Translations under genes and position numbers: made by a program
The notes under the pieces: model-generated
What the model was told of the DNA's origin: nothing
Databases searched by the model: none
The model's input: only the letters and a program-made list of their open reading frames with translations
Origin: an uncultured Eubacteriales bacterium
Lineage (GTDB): Bacteria; Bacillota_I; Bacilli_A; RF39; UBA660
Direction of reading: 5' to 3'
Assembly: GCA_905188025.1 (NCBI GenBank)
Contig: CAJJKI010000001.1
Location: forward strand, 86,615-150,614
DNA: 64,000 nucleotides
Shown here: piece by piece, positions 28,988 through 38,101 of the stretch
Layout of the letters: every line of letters starts with the position of its first letter
Numbering within the stretch: position 1 is the first letter of the stretch

Positions 28988-30413
28988 CTACCTTAGCCAC
29001 TTGATTAGCATATCCCATCTCATGCTCTAACATATTAGCCATATTAAGTACTAAATCATCTTCCATTTGCCTTCCCGTAATATTTACTCCTACTGGCATA
29101 TCTTTAATAAATCCAGAAGGTATCGTAATACTAGGGTATCCTCCAAAATTACCAATAACTAAATGATTATCTAGTATCAAATACTTATCACTTAACTTGT
29201 CAGATCCTTCATCAAACTTAGGAGCTATTCCCGATCCAGCTGGCATAATTAATCCATCATACTTCTTAAATAATTCATTCATCCTGTCTACTACCAGTCT
29301 TCTAACTCTATAAGCATTTAAGAATAATTTCTCTTGATTCTCTCTTTGAAGAATATAACTACCAAGAATAAATCTTCTCTTAATAAGTTCACTAAATCCT
29401 TTAGTACGAGCATCTTTTATAATCTCATCAGGAGTATTACCTTCTCCTCTTACTCCAAAATGAATACCAGTTAAATTAGCATCATTACTAGTAGCTTCAG
29501 CACAAGATATAGACATATATGTTGGATATAATGCTAATAATAAATCCTTATCAATAGACTCCTCACATACCTCCATACCTAGCTTCTCGCACTCTTGAAT
29601 AACCTTCTTAAAATTATCTATTACCATCTCTAATTCAGGATCATTATCCTTATTCTCTAATGCTTCCTTTATATAAAATAATTTTCTACCCTTAACACTA
29701 TCATTAATCGTAGCTAAATAATCCTTTCCATCATCTGGTAAACTAGTCATATCCTTATCATCATGTCCTTTAACTACATTCATAACCATTGCTGTATCAT
29801 ATACATTTCTAGTCATTACTCCCAAATGATCTAAACTAGATGCAAAAGCAAATAATCCATATCTAGATATTCTTCCATAAGTTGGCTTAAATCCTACTAT
29901 TCCACCATACCCTGCTGGCTTTCTAATAGAGTCTCCCGTATCACTACCAATAGCAAAAGGTACAATACCAAGAGCTACTGCTGCCGCTGATCCTGCTGAA
30001 GATCCTCCTATAAGTCTCTCTTTACACCAAGGATTTCTTACTACTCCCGTATGTCCCGTAGTACCAGTACCACCCATCGCAAGTTCATCAAGTACAGTCT
30101 TTCCTACAAGTATAGCTCCTGCTTTGTTTAATTTTTCATATATAGTAGCATCATATACTGGTACATAATTACTAAGTATATTTGAAGAAGCCGTAGTAAG
30201 TATCCCTCTAGTAGATACATTATCCTTAAGAGCATAAGGAATCCCCTTAAGTATCCCGTCCCCTTCTATCTTATACTCATCCATTATTGTCACAAAAGAA
30301 TTATATTCATCCTGATACTTTATAGCCTTATCATGAGCTTCTTTAAATAGCTCTTCACTAGTTATCTTGCCCTCGTCAAGCATCCCTTTCATTTCACTAA
30401 TACTCTTATTCAT
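28971..30413 (-). CDS. gatA: Asp/Glu-tRNA(Asn/Gln) amidotransferase subunit A
   Basis: Amidase signature GGSSAGSAAAVA...GSDTGDSIRKPA. Confidence 0.95.
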   Translation of the reverse strand: MNKSISEMKGMLDEGKITSEELFKEAHDKAIKYQDEYNSFVTIMDEYKIEGDGILKGIPYALKDNVSTRGILTTASSNILSNYVPVYDATIYEKLNKAGAILVGKTVLDELAMGGTGTTGHTGVVRNPWCKERLIGGSSAGSAAAVALGIVPFAIGSDTGDSIRKPAGYGGIVGFKPTYGRISRYGLFAFASSLDHLGVMTRNVYDTAMVMNVVKGHDDKDMTSLPDDGKDYLATINDSVKGRKLFYIKEALENKDNDPELEMVIDNFKKVIQECEKLGMEVCEESIDKDLLLALYPTYMSISCAEATSNDANLTGIHFGVRGEGNTPDEIIKDARTKGFSELIKRRFILGSYILQRENQEKLFLNAYRVRRLVVDRMNELFKKYDGLIMPAGSGIAPKFDEGSDKLSDKYLILDNHLVIGNFGGYPSITIPSGFIKDMPVGVNITGRQMEDDLVLNMANMLEHEMGYANQVAKVGEENV

Positions 30414-30700
30414 TATTCCACCACCTTTGGTAACTTAACTTGATTATATAAAGTGCTACCACTATTAAGTAAAATATCCTCAAGTGGTAATTCTTCTAAT
30501 ACCTCATCTTCTCTTAAAGATGCATATGTCTTTTCTATCGGATATATCAAAGGTTCTACATTCTTAATATCAGGAATATTTCCTATCAAATCCATCTGTT
30601 TTAGTATTGTATCAAATTCTTCTAATAAAGTATCATATTCACTCTCATCCATTGTAAACATTAACTTATTAGCTAAAACTACTAAAGTCTCTTTATCCAT
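30413..30700 (-). CDS. gatC: Asp/Glu-tRNA(Asn/Gln) amidotransferase subunit C
   Basis: About 95 aa, position in gatCAB, LREDEV motif. Start re-set to ATG 30700. Confidence 0.85.
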   Translation of the reverse strand: MDKETLVVLANKLMFTMDESEYDTLLEEFDTILKQMDLIGNIPDIKNVEPLIYPIEKTYASLREDEVLEELPLEDILLNSGSTLYNQVKLPKVVE

Positions 30701-30881
30701 CCTATTACCTTCTTTCATTACATTAGTATATCATAAAATTACTTATTTTTATCATTTTTATTATCATTATATATTGTAATTAAAATAAAATATAGTCATC
30801 CTCACTTATATCTAGTAATCACTATACCCTATCAACAAAAAAAGAAACAGCTCATCACTATTTCTCATATTTATATATTAT

Positions 30882-32033
30882 TTATTTACTAACTGGAAGT
30901 ACACTAATACTTCTTACTACTTGTAATAATTCTCCAGTACTCATAACGTCACTTACTATATAATATTCTATTCCATTATTAAACCAATTAGCTGAATTAT
31001 CATTTATTACTGCTAATGAAGCTCCTATAAGTTCTACACTACCATAAGTAGGAATTATCTCAGGACTCTTACTATAACTAGCTGTCTCTTCTACTAAAGT
31101 AAATGCCTTATCTCCTGTAAAAGTTAATATTAATCTTTCTCCATCATCAGTACTTACTCTCTCTTGATTAGTCAAATAAGTATTAACAGGTAAATACATT
31201 GGATATATTATATCATCAATAGTAGCTGTTGATTTAGTATTATTCTTCTCATCACTCTTATTATTACTATCAGGTTCCTGTGCTTCATTATTACTCTTAT
31301 TAGTATTCTTATCATCATTCTTATTATTATTTGTATTTGTATTAGTATTATTATTCGTACTATTAGTATTATCTTTTACAGTATTATTTCCATCACTACT
31401 ACTTCCCTCTTCAGTATTAAGTATTGAATTCAAATCAAAATATGTATCATTAAATTCTGTCTTCAAATCTATCTTATCAAATACCATCTTTATTTGTACA
31501 TTTCCATCTTTATCCATTACTTCTACTTTAGTTGGTAAATAATCCTTTCCAAAATATACCTTCTGATTAACTAACTTATCATTATTTGGATAATTTACTT
31601 TTGAAGTAAAGATATAACCTTCAGAAGTACTTTCAAATAATTTTTCTTCATCATTAGATATATCATCTAATAAACTAGAAAGTAAATATACTTGTGAATT
31701 ATTATAAGGCCAATCACTTTGAAATTTAAAACTCTTATTAAGAGAAGGTGTAATTACATATACTCCATCATTATTTCTAAGTATTACTTGTTTATGTTCA
31801 TTAATAACATTTACAAGTTCTATCTTATAATGATCTTCTTTCTCATAAGAAACAGCTATCTTATAAGTATACACATCCTCATTATTAACAAGTTCCATAT
31901 TTCCAGACAAATAATATGAATTAGTATTATTTACTTTATTCTGAAATTCTTTTAATACTGTTTTCTCATCCTTCTTTCCGCATCCTGTCAAAACTAAACA
32001 TATTAAAATTAAACATAAAAATATTTTTTTCAC
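30882..32033 (-). CDS. lipoprotein with LolA/DUF4367-like N-domain and an Asn-rich linker
   Basis: Lipobox LVLTGC; central NNTNTNTNNNKNDDKNTNKSNN low-complexity tract. Confidence 0.6.
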   Translation of the reverse strand: MKKIFLCLILICLVLTGCGKKDEKTVLKEFQNKVNNTNSYYLSGNMELVNNEDVYTYKIAVSYEKEDHYKIELVNVINEHKQVILRNNDGVYVITPSLNKSFKFQSDWPYNNSQVYLLSSLLDDISNDEEKLFESTSEGYIFTSKVNYPNNDKLVNQKVYFGKDYLPTKVEVMDKDGNVQIKMVFDKIDLKTEFNDTYFDLNSILNTEEGSSSDGNNTVKDNTNSTNNNTNTNTNNNKNDDKNTNKSNNEAQEPDSNNKSDEKNNTKSTATIDDIIYPMYLPVNTYLTNQERVSTDDGERLILTFTGDKAFTLVEETASYSKSPEIIPTYGSVELIGASLAVINDNSANWFNNGIEYYIVSDVMSTGELLQVVRSISVLPVSK

Positions 32034-32142
32034 TCTTCACCTCATTTTTTTATCTTTATGGTAAATTATATGGCATTATTTTCTTAATATGATGAATAAT
32101 TATTTCTTTTTTGGTAAAAATAATACTGTCAAGGAGGATAAT

Positions 32143-32340
32143 ATGAATACATTATTTAAAACTACTTTAGTACTAGGTATTATTGGCTGTATCAACTGGG
32201 GCTTAGTAGGTTTATTTAACTTTAATTTAGTTGAATATCTACTAGGAGATGGTTCTCTCATTACCCGTATCGTTTATGTCTTAGTAATGGTCTCTGGTTT
32301 AGTCAATATTGGCTTACTTACTAAAGATCTAGATAAATAG
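32143..32340 (+). CDS. DUF378 family small membrane protein
   Basis: LVLGIIGCINWGLVGLFNFNLVEYL is the DUF378 signature. Start re-set to ATG 32143 after AAGGAGG. Confidence 0.8.
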   Translation: MNTLFKTTLVLGIIGCINWGLVGLFNFNLVEYLLGDGSLITRIVYVLVMVSGLVNIGLLTKDLDK

Positions 32341-32358
32341 CCCAAGGCTATTTTTTTA
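32337..32358 (+). terminator. intrinsic terminator
   Basis: ATAGCC-caa-GGCTAT followed by T7. Confidence 0.55.
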
Positions 32359-32374
32359 TTGCATAAAAAAAGAG

Positions 32375-32803
32375 CTACATAGCCCTCTTACTTTCATACT
32401 CATCATCTACAATCATCGTATCATATAGCCCTAGTAATTCACTCATCCCATCAAGAACTATCTTTTCTTTAGTACTTCTATCAGTATTAGCTTCAGGTAC
32501 TAGTTTCTTATCACCATCATTAATTCTAGTTTTAATACTCATATATTTCACTAATGGATCTTCCCTATCACTACTCATCGTAGCAGACATATCCATAGCA
32601 TAAGCTTCAATATAATTTCTCATAGTTTGATATATATGTCTAACTTCAAAGAAATCTTCATTTCTTACCATCATCTCTATATTCAAATACTTCTTCTCAT
32701 TAATAATACTCATATATTTATTAAAAATACTTGCATTAACAGCCACTATATCATAAGGTACTAAATATTCCTTTTCATTAATTTTTGCATAAAATTCTTC
32801 CAT
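32375..32803 (-). CDS. hypothetical protein
   Basis: ORF with AGGTGAG SD before ATG 32803; no recognisable motif. Confidence 0.45.
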   Translation of the reverse strand: MEEFYAKINEKEYLVPYDIVAVNASIFNKYMSIINEKKYLNIEMMVRNEDFFEVRHIYQTMRNYIEAYAMDMSATMSSDREDPLVKYMSIKTRINDGDKKLVPEANTDRSTKEKIVLDGMSELLGLYDTMIVDDEYESKRAM

Positions 32804-32853
32804 AATCTCACCTACTAACATTATATCATAGTTTATCTAAATTTATATCCACT

Positions 32854-33522
32854 TTACACTTTTTCTATCAAAAAACTCATACATTTATCAAATCCAGGTA
32901 CATCCGAAACAATAAGCCCTTCAACTATCCTAAATCCATTCCTTACAATCTCTTCTTCCATCTCACTATATTTCTTAATTCTACAAGAAGTATTAACTAC
33001 CTGAATCATCTTCCCTGTATTAATATTTTTTCTTTGAACAATCATAGATGCTTCATCTATATTACTAGCATATTCCCGTTCACCATCACCCATTGATATC
33101 ACTAATGCCTTTCCCTTATCTTTAAGGTGTTCATATATAAATCTATAAAACTTATCTCTATGTTCCTTCAACAAAAACATATGAATAACAGCCACTGAAT
33201 ATATAAAATCAAATTGCAATGAAGTCTTATCTTGAAATATATCAAACACTTTAAAATTATCTTTATATTTAGTTCTATCAATACATTTATCAATAACTGT
33301 CTTAGAGCAATCTATTCCAATTACATTATATCCTTGATCTAATAAATACTTTGTATCTCTTCCTTCTCCACAACCTACTTCTAGTATCTTACTATCTTTA
33401 TCTATTTCATATCTACAAATATATTTCTCTACTTCTAAAGTAGGCTTATCTATTTCCCATAAAGTATCTTCTTTATATACCTGCTTATATCTTTCATCAT
33501 ATGCTTTATAATAGTCTTTCAT
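32854..33522 (-). CDS. class I SAM-dependent methyltransferase
   Basis: Motif I ILEVGCGEGRDT, followed by VIGIDCS. Confidence 0.75.
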   Translation of the reverse strand: MKDYYKAYDERYKQVYKEDTLWEIDKPTLEVEKYICRYEIDKDSKILEVGCGEGRDTKYLLDQGYNVIGIDCSKTVIDKCIDRTKYKDNFKVFDIFQDKTSLQFDFIYSVAVIHMFLLKEHRDKFYRFIYEHLKDKGKALVISMGDGEREYASNIDEASMIVQRKNINTGKMIQVVNTSCRIKKYSEMEEEIVRNGFRIVEGLIVSDVPGFDKCMSFLIEKV

Positions 33523-33531
33523 ATATTCCTC

Positions 33532-34017
33532 CTATAAATCTATATAATATAAATTTTCTCCATTCTTTAATTTATCCATATATTTAGCTTCAAACTTCTC
33601 ATAATAATTAACTAAATTAGATTTTAAATAAATTTTCTTATATCCTAAAGATCTTGCTGTATCTTGTATTGCTTCATTAAGTATCTTAGAGTATCCCTTT
33701 TCTCTATATCTATTTTTAACATACATAGTGGCATACCAAGGAGTAAGATCTCTTTTTTCTTCACCATCGTATTTAAAAAGTGATATAAATCCTATCAATT
33801 CTCTATCATTAATTAATCCCAATACACTTATAATATTATCTTCATCATTAATCTTCTTCATCTTATAATCAATATAATCTAATATTTCCATATCTTTATT
33901 TGACCATTCTAAATAACAGCATCTAACATACTCTTTCATATATTCATAATTATCTCTAACATACTCTTTCATATATTCATAATTATCTCTAATATCAATT
34001 ACTTCCACATATAACAC
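33532..34017 (-). CDS. GNAT family N-acetyltransferase with a duplicated N-terminal 11 aa
   Basis: Acetyl-CoA motif region RYREKGYSKILNEAI; N-terminus carries RDNYEYMKEYV twice. Confidence 0.65.
   Translation of the reverse strand: MLYVEVIDIRDNYEYMKEYVRDNYEYMKEYVRCCYLEWSNKDMEILDYIDYKMKKINDEDNIISVLGLINDRELIGFISLFKYDGEEKRDLTPWYATMYVKNRYREKGYSKILNEAIQDTARSLGYKKIYLKSNLVNYYEKFEAKYMDKLKNGENLYYIDL
33926..33991. repeat. perfect 2 x 33-bp tandem duplication
   Basis: ACATACTCTTTCATATATTCATAATTATCTCTA at 33926-33958 is repeated exactly at 33959-33991. Confidence 0.95.
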
Positions 34018-34027
34018 CTACCTAACA

Positions 34028-34567
34028 TTATTCCATATCATATTCATAAATAATTACATTATTAGGATTAAAAGATAAAAAATCAGTATCTTCATTATAT
34101 CCTACTAAATTAAAATGAAGTGCTTTAATAAAACTACCATGTGATACTACTAATATATTTTTATCATCATATTTTTGTTTCACTTTATCCAAAAAAATCT
34201 TAGCTCTAAGCAAACATTCTTGTATACTTTCTATATTATAAGATTTATTATTTAATTTATAATCCCACTGTTTAATTATTTCATCATAATTTATTTTCTT
34301 ACCTTCATAATCCCCATAATCTCTTTCAATAAGCATCTCGTCATAAATTATTTTCTTCTTATTTGAAACAAGAATTTTAGCAGTCTCTTTAGTTCTCTTT
34401 AAAGGTGAACAAATACAAATATCAATCTTATCTAAATCTATTATCTTTGATAGTTCTTGAACTTGTTTTATACCCTCTTTATTAAGCTCAATATCAGTAG
34501 TTCCTTGTAATAATCCTTTATTATTCCAATCAGTTTCTCCATGTCTCACTATATATAACTTATTCAT
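34028..34567 (-). CDS. histidine phosphatase family protein (phosphoglycerate-mutase-like)
   Basis: LYIVRHGETDWN catalytic RHG motif and a later SHG. Start re-set to ATG 34567 after GGTGGTGAAG. Confidence 0.8.
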   Translation of the reverse strand: MNKLYIVRHGETDWNNKGLLQGTTDIELNKEGIKQVQELSKIIDLDKIDICICSPLKRTKETAKILVSNKKKIIYDEMLIERDYGDYEGKKINYDEIIKQWDYKLNNKSYNIESIQECLLRAKIFLDKVKQKYDDKNILVVSHGSFIKALHFNLVGYNEDTDFLSFNPNNVIIYEYDME

Positions 34568-34608
34568 AAACTTCACCACCAATATGCCATATCTTCCTTA
34601 ACAATACC

Positions 34609-34637
34609 AATATATCACATGAACAATTGTTTGTCAA
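34609..34637 (-). promoter_or_regulatory. promoter TTGACA-17-TATATT with an embedded GAAC-N4-GTTT palindrome
   Basis: Minus strand: -35 at 34632-34637, -10 at 34609-34614. Spacer palindrome AACAATTGTT (plus strand GAACAATTGTTT, 34621-34632). Twin of the promoter at 8495-8523. Confidence 0.6.
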
Positions 34638-34708
34638 TAATATTTTCAATTTTTATAAAAAATATTTAGTATCAATAATAACTAAACATTTCCGGTTCAC
34701 ATAAACAT

Positions 34709-35044
34709 TTAACAATAATATAAATATAATAAAAAAATATTCTTACTCTCATTTAAAATATAATCAGCCGATCTTCCTACAATTAAAACATTTCCTTGAT
34801 TAGCAATCTCTTTAATTACCTTAACTTGATTAATTATTGCTTCTTTACTCACATCTAATGACAAGAAATTATCATATATTTCTTCTTCAGAATAATTAGT
34901 ATCAATCATATTATTTTTAATAGCAAATTCTTTCATTTCTTCTTTATCATAGAAAGGTATATTTAATTTACTAGCGACAAGTCTCCCTATTTCTTTTCCA
35001 TTAGTACCATGTTCTCTTGATATAGATATAATTAAAGATATCAA
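34709..35044 (-). pseudogene. cytidylate-kinase-like family gene remnant (no ATG start, 3'-truncated)
   Basis: LIISISREHGTNGKEIGRLVASKLNIPFYDKE and VLIVGRSADYIL match the family, but similarity stops at ..NIF. About 111 codons where I would expect roughly 200. Only a TTG is available as start. Confidence 0.55.
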
Positions 35045-35474
35045 AGAAAATACATATTATGTATTAACTCCAATTGATGATAATACATTAACAATTAATA
35101 TTCCCATTGAAAATAAAATGGGCCTATTAAAAAATATTATTTCTACTGATAATGCTGAAAAATTAATAAGTCAAATTACTAAAATAGAACCTATCAAAGA
35201 TATTAATGAAAAAAATTTAGAGTTAAAATATAAAGAACTGCTAAATACTGGTACCTATGAAGATCTTATCAAAATCATTAAAACTACCTATATAAGGAAT
35301 GAAAACAGATTAAATAACAAAAAGAAAGTGAGCGAAAAAGATGACACTTACTTTAAACTTGCTGAAAAATATTTATACAACGAATTATCTATATCTTTAA
35401 ATATGTCTATTGAAGAAGTAAAAAACTATATATTTAAAATAGTAAATAAACAATCCAAAAATGATGACCACTAA
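35040..35474 (+). pseudogene. CarD/CdnL-family regulator remnant lacking the N-terminal ~30 aa
   Basis: The frame reads ..KENTYYVLTPIDDNTLTINIPIENKMGLLKNIIS.. then the C-terminal domain. The first in-frame ATG is at 35118, so the N-terminal RNAP-binding strands are missing. Confidence 0.5.
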
Positions 35475-35498
35475 GTCATCATTTTTATATTGCTCATC

Positions 35499-36647
35499 TT
35501 ATACATTTATACTAATAATATCTCTCAAATTTCTAATAAATACTTTAAATATATTAGCCTTATCAATATTATTAACTACCGTTATCTCTTCCGAATACAT
35601 ATATCTTCCATCTTCATATAACTTAACACTACCTACAGTATCTCCTTTTTTAACCGGAGCATTAATCTTATCAAGTTTTATTTCATAAGTAACATTCTTC
35701 TTTTCTTTTTGATTATTATTTAATATTGTTATATCATTCTTTACTCTCACAGAAACTTTCTCTTCATCACCTAAATTAATTTTTACTTCTCCTAAAGAAT
35801 CATCTTTACTAATAACCTTATCAATACTATACATATTAAATCCATAATCTAACATAGCTAAAGTATCTGTAGTTCTATTATCAGTATTTTCTTCTCCCAT
35901 TACTACACTAATAAGTCTCATATCATTTTTCTTTCCTGTAGCCGTTAAACAATATCCTGCATCTCCTGTATAACCAGTCTTAAGCCCATCAATATAAGAA
36001 TAAAATTTAACTAATCGGTTAGTGTTAACTAACCAAAATTTCTTCGCTGTATTCTTCCTTAAATAATCTTCATATATCGAAGAGAATTCTAATATCTTTT
36101 CATGTCTAACTAACTCACGAGCCATAACTGACATATCATGTGCCGAAGAATAATGTCCCTCTGCATCTAACCCTGTAGCATTAACAAAATTAGTGTTCTT
36201 TAGTCCTAAATTCTTAGCCTTATCATTCATAAGCTTAACAAAAGCCTTTTCTGTACCCGCTATTTTCTCTGCTAAAGCCACCGTAGCGTCATTTCCACTA
36301 GCAATACATATTCCTTTCACCAGGTCTTCTACCGTCATCATTTCATTAGTCTCAAGAAATATCTGACTACCACCCATCGAAGAAGCATTCTTAGATACTA
36401 CTACTATATCATTCCATTTTAAATTACCATTCTCTATATTCTCCATTATTAGTATCAGTGACATAATCTTTGTCATCGAAGCCGGAGCTAATCTCTCATT
36501 AGCATTCTTTTGATATAATATTTCTCCCGTAGAAGTCTCTATCAAAATAGCACTCTTAGCATTCTCCGCTAAATTTAACTCTTCACCATGTACCTGTGTT
36601 ATCGGTATAAATAAAATTAAAAAGATAAATATCCATATTTTTCTCAT
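35499..36647 (-). CDS. D-alanyl-D-alanine carboxypeptidase (S11, PBP5-like)
   Basis: Signal peptide, then SMTK, SGND and KTGYT motifs in order. Confidence 0.85.
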   Translation of the reverse strand: MRKIWIFIFLILFIPITQVHGEELNLAENAKSAILIETSTGEILYQKNANERLAPASMTKIMSLILIMENIENGNLKWNDIVVVSKNASSMGGSQIFLETNEMMTVEDLVKGICIASGNDATVALAEKIAGTEKAFVKLMNDKAKNLGLKNTNFVNATGLDAEGHYSSAHDMSVMARELVRHEKILEFSSIYEDYLRKNTAKKFWLVNTNRLVKFYSYIDGLKTGYTGDAGYCLTATGKKNDMRLISVVMGEENTDNRTTDTLAMLDYGFNMYSIDKVISKDDSLGEVKINLGDEEKVSVRVKNDITILNNNQKEKKNVTYEIKLDKINAPVKKGDTVGSVKLYEDGRYMYSEEITVVNNIDKANIFKVFIRNLRDIISINV

Positions 36648-36711
36648 TTTCTCACCTAGTAAAAACTATGCAATTAAATTCTAAATATTAACATTTATCT
36701 CTATTATCTAT

Positions 36712-37424
36712 TTATTGAAGTTCTCTAATAACAGTCTTACTAGTAATCTGTCCTGTATATTTAGATACATGATATTCATAAACATAATTCTTTCCATTTT
36801 CATCAGGTGCCCCGTACACGTCTTTTACTTCATATACCCATTCACTACCGCCATCAATATTCTTAACTATACCAGAGTTTTCTCTTTTTGTAATGCCCAT
36901 TGATTCCATAACAATACATTGAGCTTCTCCCTCTTCTACTAACTTTGAAGTACAATTAGGGCTACCTATTACATTTCCAGTCTCAACTCCTATATAATAA
37001 ACACATGACTGCGTTCTATAAGCAAAAGTTACTTTATATACACAAGTACCATCATTAGATAATGCTACAACTGATTCAGGAGCTAACTTATCACAATACT
37101 TTCCAGTACCAACACTAGCTCCCATCATAGAAGCCACTTTCTTACCAGCTTCCTCATTAGTTAAAGCACTATATACATAATCACATTTTTCTAATGTTCC
37201 ATATCCTCCTGAGCCACTATTTCCTCCACTAGTCCCAGTACCAGTATTCTCTTTCCCATCATCATTTAAAAAACAATATTAACAACCTTATTATCAAACT
37301 TTTTCTTTATATCATTATTCTTATTATTCCCCTTATTTCTAACTATCAAAAATCCCCCTATCAAGAATCCAATTAATAATATCATAGCAATAAACATTAT
37401 TATCATTTGTTTTTTCTTCTCCAT
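36712..37424 (-). pseudogene. membrane-anchored PepSY-like protein split by a frameshift in a T6 run
   Basis: ATG 37424 encodes a TM anchor and stops at TAA 37266-37268. The neighbouring frame is open from 37278 into track ORF 36712-37137. One extra T in the T6 run (plus strand A6, 37268-37273) fuses the two. Confidence 0.55.
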
Positions 37425-37505
37425 ATACACTCCTTATAAATAAAATAATTACAAACTAATAGCATCCTCACTATTATCTTGCAATTATATTATATCATAC
37501 ATATC

Positions 37506-38090
37506 CTATATTTTACTATTATATTTATCTTTAAACATCAATAAAGCTTTCTTCTGAAAATAATTACTCTTATCATATTCTATTCCTACTTTTTCTAGTG
37601 CATCCTTCAACTTATCTACAGTATCATACTTTAGATTAGCTTCTACTTCAATAAATAAATACTTATCATTTACATATTGTATTGCTAATTCAAGTCCATC
37701 TTTCTCATAAACTACTATATGATCATCTATTCTAATTAACTCTCTATCATATCCTAAACATTTAACTATCTCCACTCCTGAAGAAGCATTCTCTATCCTG
37801 CAATTACATTTTCCCTGTTCTACGATATTCCCATCATCATCATATTCTTTATATTTATATGTTATATAATGTTTCCTATCATCAATACTCCTAATAAGTA
37901 CACATTTACTAAGTATCTTAAGTATCTCTTTATCATTCTCACTACCATTAACTATCACATCCTTATACACCATATACATATCATGTAACATATAATCATC
38001 TATCTTTTTAAACTCTCTACTAATAATCTTATCAATTAACTCTTCACACCCATCATAAACCATAACAGTTATCTCATCTTCATACTTCAT
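37506..38090 (-). CDS. CYTH-like domain protein
   Basis: Pattern EDEITV...LIRSI...ITYKYK...RIE...LFIEVEA...VGIEYDKSNYFQK follows the CyaB/CYTH strand order. The ExExK lysine is not conserved. Confidence 0.45.
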   Translation of the reverse strand: MKYEDEITVMVYDGCEELIDKIISREFKKIDDYMLHDMYMVYKDVIVNGSENDKEILKILSKCVLIRSIDDRKHYITYKYKEYDDDGNIVEQGKCNCRIENASSGVEIVKCLGYDRELIRIDDHIVVYEKDGLELAIQYVNDKYLFIEVEANLKYDTVDKLKDALEKVGIEYDKSNYFQKKALLMFKDKYNSKI

Positions 38091-38101
38091 ATAATACTCT
38101 C

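Noticed and set aside
31230-31380. Highly repetitive AAT/ACT-rich DNA that at first glance looks like a short tandem array.
   Set aside because: It is an in-frame Asn/Thr/Lys low-complexity linker of the lipoprotein gene. It has no regular repeat-spacer periodicity, so it is neither a CRISPR array nor a satellite.
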